A DNA stretch of 64,000 nucleotides from Parcubacteria group bacterium (GTDB lineage: Bacteria; Patescibacteriota; Minisyncoccia; Moranbacterales; UBA2206): positions 101,475-165,474 of the forward strand of contig JBAZYF010000001.1 in NCBI GenBank assembly GCA_041659505.1, in the 5' to 3' direction. Under the pieces are notes generated by a model, which had not been told where the DNA came from, made no database searches, and worked only from the letters and a program-made list of their open reading frames with translations. This document shows, one piece after another, positions 16,739 through 26,143 of the stretch (within the stretch, counting starts at the first letter, position 1; the number at the start of each line of letters is the position of its first letter). The translations under genes and the position numbers were made by a program.

Positions 16739-18415
16739 CTACATCATCCCACCCATCCCTCCCATTCCCGGCATTCCCATTCCGCCGCCTGCTCCCGCTT
16801 CTTTTTTCTCCGGCTTATCAGCGACTGCCGCTTGAGTAGTAAGGAAAATTGCCGCGATACTCACGGCATTTTCCAGCGCTGCTCGCGTCACTTTCATCGG
16901 ATCGATAATCCCGCTTTTCAGCATATCCGGGACAAATTCACCTGTGCTGGCATCAAATCCGAAATTGACTGATTTATTCTTAGTAATTTCATAAACAACC
17001 ACGCCAGGATCTTTCTGTCCGCCGTTAGCCACGATTTGTTTGGCCGGTTCTTCTAAGGCGCGCAAAAGCAGTTTGTAGCCCACACCATATTCCAGATCCT
17101 TGAATTTATTTCCCGCCAGAGCGCTTTCGGCTTTTGCGGACAAGTTCGCCGCTACTCGCAAGAGCGCCACACCCCCGCCCGCCACAATCCCCTCGGCATA
17201 GGCCGCGCGGGTTGCCGCCAGGGCGTCTTCCATTTTGTGTTTCATATAGGTCAATTCTGTTTCGGTCGCCGCGCCAACTTTAATGACCGCCACACCGCCG
17301 GAAATCTTAGCGAGCCGTTTTTGCAATTTTTCTTTGTCCCATTTGCTGTCGCTGGCTGATAGTTGCTTTTTAATCTGCGCTTCGCGCGCATCAATATCTT
17401 TTTTCTTACCCTTGCCACCGACAATCGTCGTTACATCTTTCGTCGCGATAACCTTGGAAGCTTGCCCAAGCATCGAAAGTTCCACATTTTCCATTTTCAT
17501 TCCGGTTTCATCAGAAATCACTTTACCTCCAGTGATGATGGCAATGTCTTCCAGAATGGCTTTTTTATTATCCCCAAATTCCGGCGCTTTTACTGCGAGC
17601 ACATTCAAAGTCCCTCGCAACTTATTCACAACCAAAGTCGTCAGTGCCTCGCCATCGACGTCTTCCGCGATAATTACAATGTCTTTTTTTCCACCGGCTG
17701 TGATCTTTTCCAAGATCGGCAAAATTTCCGCAATAGTAGAAATCTTTTTGTCCGTGATAATGATATAGGCCTCTTTCATCTCCGCTTTCAGCGATTCATT
17801 GTTAGTGAGCATATATGGTGAGATGTAGCCCTTGTCAAAATTCATGCCTTCCACCAATTCTTTTTCCAAGCCAAATGTCTGTGATTCTTCCACCGTCACC
17901 ACGCCGTCTTTTCCGACCTGCGAAATCACCTCAGAAATCATTTTCCCCATCTCGACACTTTCCGCGGAAATCGTCGCTACTTGAGCAATTTCTTCCTTGG
18001 AAGTGACGGCCTTGGCTGTTTTTTTCAGCTCCGCCACGACATCATTTTTCGCGTCTTCAATCCCCCGCCGGATACTGATCGGATTCATCCCAGTCGCCAC
18101 CAGTTTTGAACCTTCCCGCACGATCGCTTGCGCAAGAACTGTCGCCGTGGTCGTACCGTCGCCGGCCGTGTCATTAGTTTTGTTCGCGACTTCCTTGATC
18201 AAATCAGCTCCGATGTTTTCAAACTTATCCTCCAGCTCGATTTCCTTGGCAATGGAAACTCCGTCATTGGTGATGACCGGCGACCCAAAACCTCTATCCA
18301 AAATCACATTCCGCCCTCTTGGTCCAATCGTGATTTTAATCGCGTCCGCCACTTTGTCAATCCCCGCCTTGATTTTTTTCCTTGCGTCTTCATCAAACTT
18401 GATAATTTTGCTCAT
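16739..18415 (-). CDS. groEL: Chaperonin GroEL (Cpn60).
   Basis: 558 aa. The N-terminus MSKIIKFDEDARKKI..., the segment ...AVKAPEFGDNKKA... and the C-terminal GGM repeat tail GGGMGMPGMGGMGGMM are all typical of GroEL. Confidence 0.95.
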   Translation of the reverse strand: MSKIIKFDEDARKKIKAGIDKVADAIKITIGPRGRNVILDRGFGSPVITNDGVSIAKEIELEDKFENIGADLIKEVANKTNDTAGDGTTTATVLAQAIVREGSKLVATGMNPISIRRGIEDAKNDVVAELKKTAKAVTSKEEIAQVATISAESVEMGKMISEVISQVGKDGVVTVEESQTFGLEKELVEGMNFDKGYISPYMLTNNESLKAEMKEAYIIITDKKISTIAEILPILEKITAGGKKDIVIIAEDVDGEALTTLVVNKLRGTLNVLAVKAPEFGDNKKAILEDIAIITGGKVISDETGMKMENVELSMLGQASKVIATKDVTTIVGGKGKKKDIDAREAQIKKQLSASDSKWDKEKLQKRLAKISGGVAVIKVGAATETELTYMKHKMEDALAATRAAYAEGIVAGGGVALLRVAANLSAKAESALAGNKFKDLEYGVGYKLLLRALEEPAKQIVANGGQKDPGVVVYEITKNKSVNFGFDASTGEFVPDMLKSGIIDPMKVTRAALENAVSIAAIFLTTQAAVADKPEKKEAGAGGGMGMPGMGGMGGMM

Positions 18416-18449
18416 AAATTTATTTAGAATATTAATGAATTAAGCTATT

Positions 18450-18476
18450 TTAGCAATCACAATACTAGAGTGCTAA
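18450..18476. promoter_or_regulatory. CIRCE-like inverted repeat (HrcA operator) upstream of groEL: TTAGCAaTC-N9-GAGTGCTAA.
   Basis: It matches the CIRCE consensus TTAGCACTC-N9-GAGTGCTAA with one mismatch. It lies 35-60 nt upstream of the groEL ATG at 18415. Confidence 0.6.
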
Positions 18477-18529
18477 CATAGTCTATTTTGACAAAATCTG
18501 AAAATTTAGTCAAGCAACCCCGCGCGCGC

Positions 18530-19522
18530 CTAATAATTTATCGTTGCTTCTGCTATTTTTTCTACCCTTGCCTTAAATTCCTCAAATACTCTCGGGCCTT
18601 GTTTTTCAAAATTAGGCCAAAAAGCCAGTTCTTCGTCTGCATAAATTATCACTCCGCCTATTTTTTTTGTTTTTGGATTAGCCTTTATTTTAGCTGTTTG
18701 AAATTCTCGCAGATTGTTTTCAATAATTCTTGGGGCAAAAATCTTTTCCAAATTTTCTCTTACTGTTTTTGAAAATTGACTGTCTCTTATTTCTTTCATG
18801 TTTGCCAACCTATCGCTGAAGTTTGGACGAATCTCCTCTATCCATTTGTTTTTTTCTAAAAATTCATGATAAAAATTAAGCCCAAAAATTGGTACCATAA
18901 ACACATATTCATGGGCGGAAAAAAGATCCTTTATTGATACAGAAAAATCCGTAGATAAAAAATGATTGAGACAAATCTTATTTTTTATCTTTTCTCCGTG
19001 CCTTCTTATGCCAAGAACAGAAAGAAAAGCTACTGTCAAAAATCTTCCTGTAAAAATATGACCTTTTTCCAAAATAATCATCAAGTCCAAATCACTCTTC
19101 TCCTCGGCATTTTTCATTGCCATACGACCTGTCACGGCAATCATTCGGATAAATGGCACAAAGCGCAAAAGCTTAATTACGCGCCGAACAATTTTGTATT
19201 TCTCTTCCGAAATCTTATTCCTCTCGATTCTTTGCGCCACCAAATCTTTTCGCCCAGGCAAAAAATAATACCCACGAAAAGTTTCGATTTGCTTTTTCAA
19301 CGCTTCACTTTCTAATTCATTAATGATATCTATAATTAATATTTTCTTTTTTTCTTGCTTGCTTGCCGTAGCATTTTTGTCCACCGCAGCTTTAGCGGAT
19401 GAGGAGGCATAGGCAGGATCACTGATCAAATATTTCCACAACTCAAAAACCGTCAAAGGATAATCCAAGACGTCATAGTAGCAAATAGTGGCGAGAATGT
19501 TTTGGGAAAGACTATCAGACAT
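18530..19522 (-). CDS. Hypothetical protein with a Pol-beta-like nucleotidyltransferase fold motif (VTGRMAMKNAEEKSDLDLMII).
   Basis: 330 aa ORF with a G-x(10)-SDLDL pattern typical of the minimal NTase fold. No other recognisable domain. Confidence 0.45.
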   Translation of the reverse strand: MSDSLSQNILATICYYDVLDYPLTVFELWKYLISDPAYASSSAKAAVDKNATASKQEKKKILIIDIINELESEALKKQIETFRGYYFLPGRKDLVAQRIERNKISEEKYKIVRRVIKLLRFVPFIRMIAVTGRMAMKNAEEKSDLDLMIILEKGHIFTGRFLTVAFLSVLGIRRHGEKIKNKICLNHFLSTDFSVSIKDLFSAHEYVFMVPIFGLNFYHEFLEKNKWIEEIRPNFSDRLANMKEIRDSQFSKTVRENLEKIFAPRIIENNLREFQTAKIKANPKTKKIGGVIIYADEELAFWPNFEKQGPRVFEEFKARVEKIAEATINY

Positions 19523-19640
19523 TAATTTTCAATTTCTAATTTTCAATTTTCAAACAATTTTCAATGTTATAATTTTTGAATTTAGAAATTAATTCATTGG
19601 TCATTGTTTAGAAATTGGAAATTAGAAATTAGAAATTTCC

Positions 19641-22448
19641 CTAAAGGTATTTCCCCGTCCAACTTTTTTTGCATTTTTTCAGTTCCGCTGGTGAGCCTTC
19701 AAACACAATTTCTCCTCCGCCCGATCCGCCTTCCGGACCCAGATCGATCACCCAATCAGAATTGCGGATCACATCCACATTATGTTCAACGACTAAAACT
19801 GTATTACCTTTGTCGACCAGTGCGTCCAAAACACCCAGGAGTTTGCGGATATCTTCAAAGTGCAGTCCAATCGTTGGTTCATCTAAGATGTACAAAGTTT
19901 TTCCCGTTGCTCGACGTGCCAGCTCCGTGGCCAATTTGATCCGCTGCGCCTCACCACCAGAAAGATCAACGGCGCTTTGTCCTAATTTTAAATAACCCAA
20001 GCCGACTTTTTCCAGCGTGGATAATTTATCTGTCACTAGTTTGGAGTTTTTGAAAAACGCCAGAGCATAGCTCACGCTCATATCAAGTACTTGCGCAATA
20101 TTCACTCCGCGGTATTCAATCTCAAGAGTCCGCTGATTATACTTCGCGCCATTACACGTTTCACACGGCACATAGACATCCGGCAAGAGGTGCATCTCGA
20201 TTTTTTTCTTGCCCTCACCTTGGCAATCCTCACAACGTCCGCCCTTCATATTGAAACTGAAACGGCTAGCATCATACCCACGCGTCTGTGCCTCCTCTGT
20301 TTCGGCAAACAGCTCACGGATGAGCGAAAAAACTCCGGTGTAAGTTGCGGCGTTCGAGCGCGGGGTGCGACCGATCGGTGCTTGATTGATACTGATCACC
20401 TTGTCGATGTTTTCCATTCCGCTAATTTTTTTGTGCTGTCCAGGAGCTTCTTTGGTATTGAAAAAATGTTTAGCCAAAGCTTTGGACAAAATGTCTGAAA
20501 CTAAAGTTGATTTGCCCGAACCGGAAACGCCGGTAAGCGAAATAAATTTTCCCAAAGGTAAGCTCACATCAATATCTTTCAAATTATGCTCTGTCGCTCC
20601 CTGAATCTTGATAAATTTGCCCGAACCCTTGCGCGCTTTTTTCTTATCCCCGACCTGTCTTTTTCCGTTCAGGTACTGCGCGGTCACGGTTTTAGATTTG
20701 AGCAGCGTCGCGAGGTCACCAGAAAAAATCACCTCGCCACCTTCTTCGCCAGCCCCTGGCCCCATATCAATAATCCAATCTGCTGCCCGAATGATCTGTT
20801 CGTCGTGCTCCACGGTAATCAAAGAATTACCCGCTTCACGCAATTCTTCCATCGTCGCAATTAATTTTTCCGTATCACGATTATGCAATCCGATCGATGG
20901 TTCGTCTAAGACATAGGTGATGCCGGAGAGTTCTGAGCCAATCTGCGTCGCCAAGCGAATCCGCTGTCCTTCTCCGCCAGAAATCGAATTAGCCGAGCGC
21001 GAAAGTGAGAGATAACCCAATCCCACATTTTGGAGTGCGGCACTGCGCGCTTTCATTTCCTTGACCAATGGTAAAATAATATTTTTCTTCGCTGAGCTGA
21101 TGTTGATTTTTTCCAGCGCTTCCAAGAATTGCGAAAAATCAACCAGTGGCATATCCACAACCTGATCAATTGATTTGTCCGCCACGAGCACTGAAAGATA
21201 CTCCCCGCGCAGACGCTTGCCCAAACAAAGCGGGCAAACTTTCTCAATCATATATTTTTCAATCTCGCTTCTCAGATAGTTGGAATTCAGTTCTTCATAT
21301 TTCTTTTTCATCGTCGGGATGACGCCTTCGAAAATGATCTTCGGGTCATTGGATCCATAGAGCACGATATTCAAATGTTCCCGACTGATTTTTTTCACCG
21401 GAATATCGACAGAAAATCCATATTTCTCTCCCAGCATTTGCAAAATGTTATTCCCGCTCGTCAGCACGCTTGAGCGTCCGCCGGATTTGTTCCACGACAA
21501 AATCGCACCTTCAGCCAGTGTGAGATTTTTATTAGGAATGAGCAAATCTTCATCGATTTCCTTAATCACACCCAATCCTGAACAATGTTGGCAGGCGCCC
21601 TCGGGACTATTGAAAGAAAAATGTTTCGGTGTAATGTCCGCCACTTCAAAAAAACATTTCTTGCAGACAAAATCACGGTTATAAATTTTTTCTGTCTCAT
21701 TATCTTTAACAACCACGGCAGCACCTTTGCCCAATTTAAAAGCCGTTTCAATCGAATCTAAGATCCGTTCTCGATCAGGATTTTTCTTATTAAGCACGAT
21801 GCGATCAATTACAATTTCTGCGCTACACGTTTCGTCTGCTTCCAATTCGTTCTGCGACAGTGCCTCGGTCAGCGACACGATTTTTCCTCGAAATCGAATC
21901 CGCGCATAACCCAATTGACTGACACTTTTGAGCCGCTCTTTCAAGCTCTGATCTTTACCATTCAGCTTAGCGAGAATTGCAATATTAGTCTTTTCCGGCG
22001 AATCAAGAATGTCCTCCAATACTTCGGCATTAGAAATTTTTTCCAACGGCGTCTTGCAGTGCGGACAATGCGGCGCTCCGGCCTTAGCATAAAGCACACG
22101 CAGATAATCATAGATCTCTGTGAGCGTCCCCACCGTCGAACGCGGACTGCGCGCGATACTTTTTTGATCGATCGAGATAGTTGGCGTCAGATTTTCAATC
22201 TTGTCCACATCCGGTTTAGCCGACACATCCAGAAACTGTGTCGCATAACTCGACATGCCCTCGAGATAGCGCCGATTGCCTTCCGCATAAATCGCATCAA
22301 ACGCCAAAGAAGATTTTCCACTGCCAGAGAGTCCGGTAATGACCACCAGCTTATCCCGCGGAATTTCCACATCAATATTTTTCAAATTATTCACCCGCGC
22401 TCCGCGGACAATGATTTTGCTCCGATCTTTGGGTTTGTTTTTTGACAT
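19641..22448 (-). CDS. uvrA: Excinuclease ABC subunit A (UvrA), canonical length.
   Basis: 935 aa. Two ABC ATPase modules ([20 protein letters not shown]), zinc-finger Cys pairs, and the C-terminal LSGGE signature. Confidence 0.95.
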   Translation of the reverse strand: MSKNKPKDRSKIIVRGARVNNLKNIDVEIPRDKLVVITGLSGSGKSSLAFDAIYAEGNRRYLEGMSSYATQFLDVSAKPDVDKIENLTPTISIDQKSIARSPRSTVGTLTEIYDYLRVLYAKAGAPHCPHCKTPLEKISNAEVLEDILDSPEKTNIAILAKLNGKDQSLKERLKSVSQLGYARIRFRGKIVSLTEALSQNELEADETCSAEIVIDRIVLNKKNPDRERILDSIETAFKLGKGAAVVVKDNETEKIYNRDFVCKKCFFEVADITPKHFSFNSPEGACQHCSGLGVIKEIDEDLLIPNKNLTLAEGAILSWNKSGGRSSVLTSGNNILQMLGEKYGFSVDIPVKKISREHLNIVLYGSNDPKIIFEGVIPTMKKKYEELNSNYLRSEIEKYMIEKVCPLCLGKRLRGEYLSVLVADKSIDQVVDMPLVDFSQFLEALEKINISSAKKNIILPLVKEMKARSAALQNVGLGYLSLSRSANSISGGEGQRIRLATQIGSELSGITYVLDEPSIGLHNRDTEKLIATMEELREAGNSLITVEHDEQIIRAADWIIDMGPGAGEEGGEVIFSGDLATLLKSKTVTAQYLNGKRQVGDKKKARKGSGKFIKIQGATEHNLKDIDVSLPLGKFISLTGVSGSGKSTLVSDILSKALAKHFFNTKEAPGQHKKISGMENIDKVISINQAPIGRTPRSNAATYTGVFSLIRELFAETEEAQTRGYDASRFSFNMKGGRCEDCQGEGKKKIEMHLLPDVYVPCETCNGAKYNQRTLEIEYRGVNIAQVLDMSVSYALAFFKNSKLVTDKLSTLEKVGLGYLKLGQSAVDLSGGEAQRIKLATELARRATGKTLYILDEPTIGLHFEDIRKLLGVLDALVDKGNTVLVVEHNVDVIRNSDWVIDLGPEGGSGGGEIVFEGSPAELKKCKKSWTGKYL

Positions 22449-22541
22449 AAAGAAAAAAGAGGTTACATTTTTTAAAAAGACGCTAAAAGCATTACTAGGA
22501 ACAAATTTTACACTAGTTTTTAGGTTTTGGCAAGCTGCTGA

Positions 22542-23219
22542 CTATTCCAACGTCAAAACCTTACTATTCTCACGAAGCCATTTTCTGGCTGTTTTATATT
22601 CCGGCATCACGGTGGCGACTTTGTTCCAAAATTTTTGCGAATGGTTTTTTTCCGGAATGTGCATTAGCTCGTGGATGATGACATAATCTACCACCGCCTC
22701 CGGCGCCATAATGAGCCTCCAATTGAAGTTCAAACTATTTTTTGGTCCGCAAGAGCCCCAGTTGGTTTTGGCGTTGGAAATTTTAAGCGAACAGTATTTG
22801 AGGTTTAACTCTCCCGCGATCATTTTTGTCCGCTCGGAAATGGCTTCCTGCGCTTGTTTTTTGTACCAATCATGCATTCGTGCTTTTGCCCGCCACAAAA
22901 AAACTCTAGGAAAAAGTAATTTATGATCTTCGGTGACTTTAATCGTTGTCCCTTCCACTATTTCTAATTTATATCTTTTTCCCAGATAGAGAAATTCTTC
23001 GCCCGCCTCAAAAGTTTTTTTGGTCGCCTTGGGGCGCCGTTCAAATTCGCGCATCTTCCTTTCAATCCAAGCAAATTTTTCCTCGACCATTTTTTCGATG
23101 TAGCTGAGCGGCGTGCGCATCGGCGCACGCACGACCAACATCGCATCATGTGTAACCATAAGGGCAATATTTTTTCGCTTAGAGCGGATGATTTTTGAGA
23201 TTTTGATTTTATTTTCCAT
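22542..23219 (-). CDS. YgjP-like zinc metallohydrolase (DUF45/M48-like, HEXXH motif HELMH).
   Basis: The ORF is open to 23294. The first 25 codons read through a REP-like repeat, so the start is more likely [10 protein letters not shown] at 23219. [12 protein letters not shown] is a typical DUF45 motif. Confidence 0.65.
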   Translation of the reverse strand: MENKIKISKIIRSKRKNIALMVTHDAMLVVRAPMRTPLSYIEKMVEEKFAWIERKMREFERRPKATKKTFEAGEEFLYLGKRYKLEIVEGTTIKVTEDHKLLFPRVFLWRAKARMHDWYKKQAQEAISERTKMIAGELNLKYCSLKISNAKTNWGSCGPKNSLNFNWRLIMAPEAVVDYVIIHELMHIPEKNHSQKFWNKVATVMPEYKTARKWLRENSKVLTLE

Positions 23220-23239
23220 ATCGCTAGCTTTATTTATAT

Positions 23240-23294
23240 CCCCTTCTCCATTAGGGAGAAGGTGGCCAAAGGCCGGATGAGGGAGGAGCCTCAC
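23240..23294. repeat. REP/MITE-like palindromic element (family 1, half copy). It has a CCTTCTCC-ATTA-GGAGAAGG hairpin plus a GGCCAAAGGCCGGATGAGGGAGG module.
   Basis: The same modules recur at 23658-23882, 51524-51669, 53911-54068 and 58318-58390. Confidence 0.7.
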
Positions 23295-23641
23295 GAAAAC
23301 TCATCAAGCTTCAGAAACACTCCAGTTAAATTAGAATTAATTTCTCCATTCCAAACTCTTAATACTCGATAGCCTTGTCTTTCAAGATACTTAGTACGCT
23401 CTAAGTCGTACTCCTCTTGTTCGCTATGCTGCCAGCCATCTAGTTCTATTATTAACTTCTTTTCTTCGCAGATAAAATCCACAATATATTTCCCGATTTG
23501 ATATTGTCTTCTAAACTTTAGGTTCTTGAACTGTCTGTTTTTAATTCTAGACCAGAGAATTATTTCTTGTGGCGTTGATTCTTTTCTTAGCTTTCTGCTT
23601 CGTTGTAAAGTTTTGGCTGTTAATTTTACTCTGAGTTTCAT
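23291..23641 (-). CDS. DUF559-type endonuclease domain protein (Vsr/PD-(D/E)xK-like).
   Basis: ...YIVDFICEEKKLIIELDGWQHSEQEEYDLERTKYLERQGYRVLRVWN matches the DUF559 pattern. The ORF's N-terminal extension (to 23704) runs through the repeat, so the start is likely MKLRVKL at 23641. Confidence 0.65.
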   Translation of the reverse strand: MKLRVKLTAKTLQRSRKLRKESTPQEIILWSRIKNRQFKNLKFRRQYQIGKYIVDFICEEKKLIIELDGWQHSEQEEYDLERTKYLERQGYRVLRVWNGEINSNLTGVFLKLDEFS

Positions 23642-23657
23642 TGGGTTTTGTTCAATG

Positions 23658-23882
23658 CCCCTTCTCCTCTCGGGAGAAGGTGCCCGGAGGGCGGATGAGG
23701 GCAAGGGCGTTTGATTAAGAAAAAATTAGCTTTGTTTAGATTATTCTTAGCTTATCACCCTTGCCCTCACCTGTCATGAGTACATGACATCCTCTCCCGA
23801 GGGGAGAAGAGGAATTGAAGAGACTATTTTATAGCCTCACCTGTCACGTGCTCGTGACATCCTCTCCCTAAGGGAGAGGAGG
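23658..23882. repeat. REP/MITE-like composite element (family 1). Two inverted arms flank ~55 bp, plus an extra tandem half.
   Basis: The left arm ...GGGAGAAGGTGCCCGGAGGGCGGATGAGGGCAAGGGC and the right arm CCCTTGCCCTCACCTGTCATGAGTACATGACATCCTCTCCCGAGGGGAGAAG are reverse complements in their modules. The GTCACGTGCTCGTGAC and TCCTCTCCCTAAGGGAGAGGA hairpins repeat at 23826-23882. Confidence 0.75.
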
Positions 23883-23891
23883 AAATTTTTA

Positions 23892-25262
23892 TTATTCCAT
23901 AAAACTCTTCCCTCGTAATTTTTTATGATACGTAATTGCAAAACGATGGGCTTCGTCGCGGACGCGTTCGATGATTTCGTCGGATATTTCCGGCACACTA
24001 CCGAAAGAATAGCGGTCGAGTTTTTTACGGGTCGGACCTTTGGCGACAGCCAAAAGCGGGATCTCCAGATGAAAATTTTTGAGCACACGCCGCACCGCTG
24101 TGAGATGACCTTGCCCGCCGTCTAAAATTATAAGATCTGGCATCGGCCAATTATTGCCAAATCTGCGCCCCAAAACTTCCGCCATCGAAGCCGTATCATT
24201 TGCGCCTTCGATGGTTTTTATTTTAAATTTGCGATACTGACTCTTGTTTGGGCCTATTTCCCCATTCGCATTATCAAACACCACCATAGACCCGACGCTC
24301 GATTTTCCGGAAATATTAGAAATGTCATAACCCTCAATGCGAAATGATTTTGCGTCGCCCTTGTAGAGACGAGGCACTGCCTCGTCTTGGCATTGTTGGT
24401 TTGCGCATTGACGTTCATTGCTCTCAAGACGTGGCAATGCCACGTCTCTACCTTCTGATATCAACGCAATATCCCGAATATGCTGCAACGCAAAAATCGC
24501 ATTGCGCATTTTCCCCGCTTTTTCAAATTCCTGTTTCTCGCTTAATTCTGACATTTCTTTTTTCATTTTCGCAAGCAATGTTTTTTTCTTGCCTTCCAAA
24601 ATCATCCGTATGCCACGGATATTTTTCATATAATCCTCTTTAGAAATCGCCCCAGCATATGGCCCCGGACAAAGCCCGATCTGAAAATCCAAGCAACCAC
24701 TTTCCGTTTTTTGCGCCTTGGAATGATAGGGAAAAATTTTCCTAAGTATTTTCAGCGCAATTTCAATATTTTTTTTGGAAATATATGGACCATAGATTTT
24801 ACTAAATTTGGATTTTATATCGACATCTTGATCCATTTCTCTTTTTCGCAAAAACAATATCCGCGGAAAATCTTCTTTTGTAATGGCAACATAAGAAAAT
24901 GACTTATCATCTTTTCCATCCACATTAAACTTCGGCTGCCACTTTTTGATCAGTCCCTGCTCTAAAATATATGCCTCCAAAACCGTCTCGGTTTTTCGAA
25001 CTTCAATATCCGCCACTTGAGAAATAAACATTTCAATCGGTCGCGATCCCATTCGTAAATTCGTAGGGGTTTGATTCATCAAACCCTCGGCTATTCCGGG
25101 TTCAATAAATTGAACCCCTACAAAATACGAACCAACCCGGTCTTTAAGTGATGTCGCTTTGCCCACATACAAAATTTTCCCAGAATCATTTCTAAAAATA
25201 TAGACACCGGGAGAGGTGGGCAGACTTTTCAGTTTTTTGGCGATTTTGGTTGACATTTGCAT
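23892..25262 (-). CDS. uvrC: Excinuclease ABC subunit C (UvrC). This is a short form lacking the C-terminal HhH region and carrying an in-frame palindromic-element insertion.
   Basis: GIY-YIG domain (GVYIFRNDSGKILYVGKATSLKDRVGSYF), UVR-like segment (EKQEFEKAGKMRNAIFALQ), and the RNase H-like endonuclease domain (YDISNISG...PDLIILDGGQGHL...RDEAHRFAITYH). 456 aa. Confidence 0.9.
   Translation of the reverse strand: MQMSTKIAKKLKSLPTSPGVYIFRNDSGKILYVGKATSLKDRVGSYFVGVQFIEPGIAEGLMNQTPTNLRMGSRPIEMFISQVADIEVRKTETVLEAYILEQGLIKKWQPKFNVDGKDDKSFSYVAITKEDFPRILFLRKREMDQDVDIKSKFSKIYGPYISKKNIEIALKILRKIFPYHSKAQKTESGCLDFQIGLCPGPYAGAISKEDYMKNIRGIRMILEGKKKTLLAKMKKEMSELSEKQEFEKAGKMRNAIFALQHIRDIALISEGRDVALPRLESNERQCANQQCQDEAVPRLYKGDAKSFRIEGYDISNISGKSSVGSMVVFDNANGEIGPNKSQYRKFKIKTIEGANDTASMAEVLGRRFGNNWPMPDLIILDGGQGHLTAVRRVLKNFHLEIPLLAVAKGPTRKKLDRYSFGSVPEISDEIIERVRDEAHRFAITYHKKLRGKSFME
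24363..24450. repeat. Palindromic element (family 4) inserted in frame inside uvrC. It has two perfect hairpins, GACGAGGCACTGCCTCGTC and GACGTGGCAATGCCACGTC, flanked by TAGAGA...TCTCTA.
   Basis: Read directly from the sequence. It encodes ...RDVALPRLESNERQCANQQCQDEAVPRLYK... in the UvrC linker. A second copy lies intergenic at 41158-41226. Confidence 0.75.
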
Positions 25263-25322
25263 AGATATAAGCTACATTACAACATCTTCTTTGACAATAC
25301 AATTAACCAAATTGGAGGATAT

Positions 25323-25505
25323 ATGGCAGAAAAGGAACTGTTGTATAAATATCTTATAGTTATTTGCCGCGAAGGAATAACCGAAGTTATTCCCTTCGAA
25401 AACGAAATTACTCCCGAAAGTGTCGATGCATATTTCGAACGCGTTTCTGAACAATGGTCAGATGCATATTTTTGCAAAGTCCTTAAGGGGCCAATTAAAA
25501 TATAA
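25323..25505 (+). CDS. Small hypothetical protein (60 aa) with a strong Shine-Dalgarno (GGAGGatatatATG).
   Basis: MAEKELLYKYLIVICREGITEVIPFENEITPESVDAYFERVSEQWSDAYFCKVLKGPIKI. It is the first gene of a two-gene + strand module between uvrC and uvrA2. Confidence 0.5.
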   Translation: MAEKELLYKYLIVICREGITEVIPFENEITPESVDAYFERVSEQWSDAYFCKVLKGPIKI

Positions 25506-25522
25506 AAATAGGAGGTACAAAA

Positions 25523-25989
25523 TGGTAGACTGGAAGAAAGCCAAACATTTCTTTTTTAAGGCGATGATCAACGGATGGGCCGGTAACGCAGAAAAAATTA
25601 CGCTACCGCAAATGCCCGGATACAAAGTGATTTCATTCAGTGAGGAAGATTTATATCTCACTGATTGCTATTGCGTAACACCGGATTCCACAAGTTCGGT
25701 AGGAACCACTACGATATATTACGAGGATAATCCTATTTGGATTATGCAATACGGCGGTTACTACAGAAAAGAAGCTATTGGATTTCTTAAGGAAGTATTG
25801 CTTTCTTCCTATGAAAACCGTGACTTCATTGGCGGACGTGGCCCATATCAACAAAAAAATCATGACCTGATTTATACAAACAACCCATCAACAAATCGAT
25901 TTCATGATTTTAAAGGAGAAGAGAACATACACAACCAGACATATAACATCAAAATGGGATATCACCATTATTGGGGCATGAGTTTTTAA
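25523..25989 (+). CDS. Hypothetical protein (155 aa) with a strong Shine-Dalgarno (AGGAGGtacaaaATG).
   Basis: MVDWKKAKHFFFKAMINGWAGNAEKITLPQMPGYKVISFSEEDLYLTDCYC...IWIMQYGGYYRKEAIGFLKEVL... I recognise no confident family. It starts 17 nt after the upstream small gene. Confidence 0.55.
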
Positions 25990-26082
25990 TCTGAAATTTT
26001 CCCACCTCTCCCATAATCGCTCAACAGCACCAACCCGGACAATCGTCACAACCGACTTTTGCCCGGTTTTTTATTTCCAAAA

Positions 26083-26143
26083 AATCAGTGAAATCACTTT
26101 AATCAGTGAAAATCAGTGGTTCTGATGTTTAGTGGTTCAGGCA
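26083..26143. repeat. CACTGATT-rich repeat (family 6) immediately 3' of uvrA2. It contains AATCAGTGGTTCTGAT.
   Basis: AAAATCAGTGAAATCACTTTAATCAGTGAAAATCAGTGGTTCTGATGTTTAGTGGTTCAGG. A related element with terminal inverted repeats is at 39925-40026. Confidence 0.6.

Noticed and set aside
16575-16972. + strand ORFs 16575-16835 and 16688-16972 encoding PPIPPIPGIP.. / HPTHPSHSRHSH.
   Set aside because: They are the antisense of the GroEL GGM C-terminal tail and low-complexity reading frames.
17283-18443. Several 60-160 aa + strand ORFs inside groEL.
   Set aside because: They are antisense to a highly confident groEL CDS and have no RBS or motifs.
18416-18529. A groES gene upstream of groEL.
   Set aside because: There are only ~110 nt between groEL and the next ORF, with no ~95 aa ORF. 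groES must be elsewhere or absent.
22339-23294. N-terminal extensions of the YgjP-like and DUF559 ORFs (MRLLPHPAFGHLLPNGEGD..., MPSSALRAPSPERRRGIEQNP...).
   Set aside because: The extensions read through REP-like palindromic repeats. Internal Met starts (MENKI..., MKLRV...) are more plausible.
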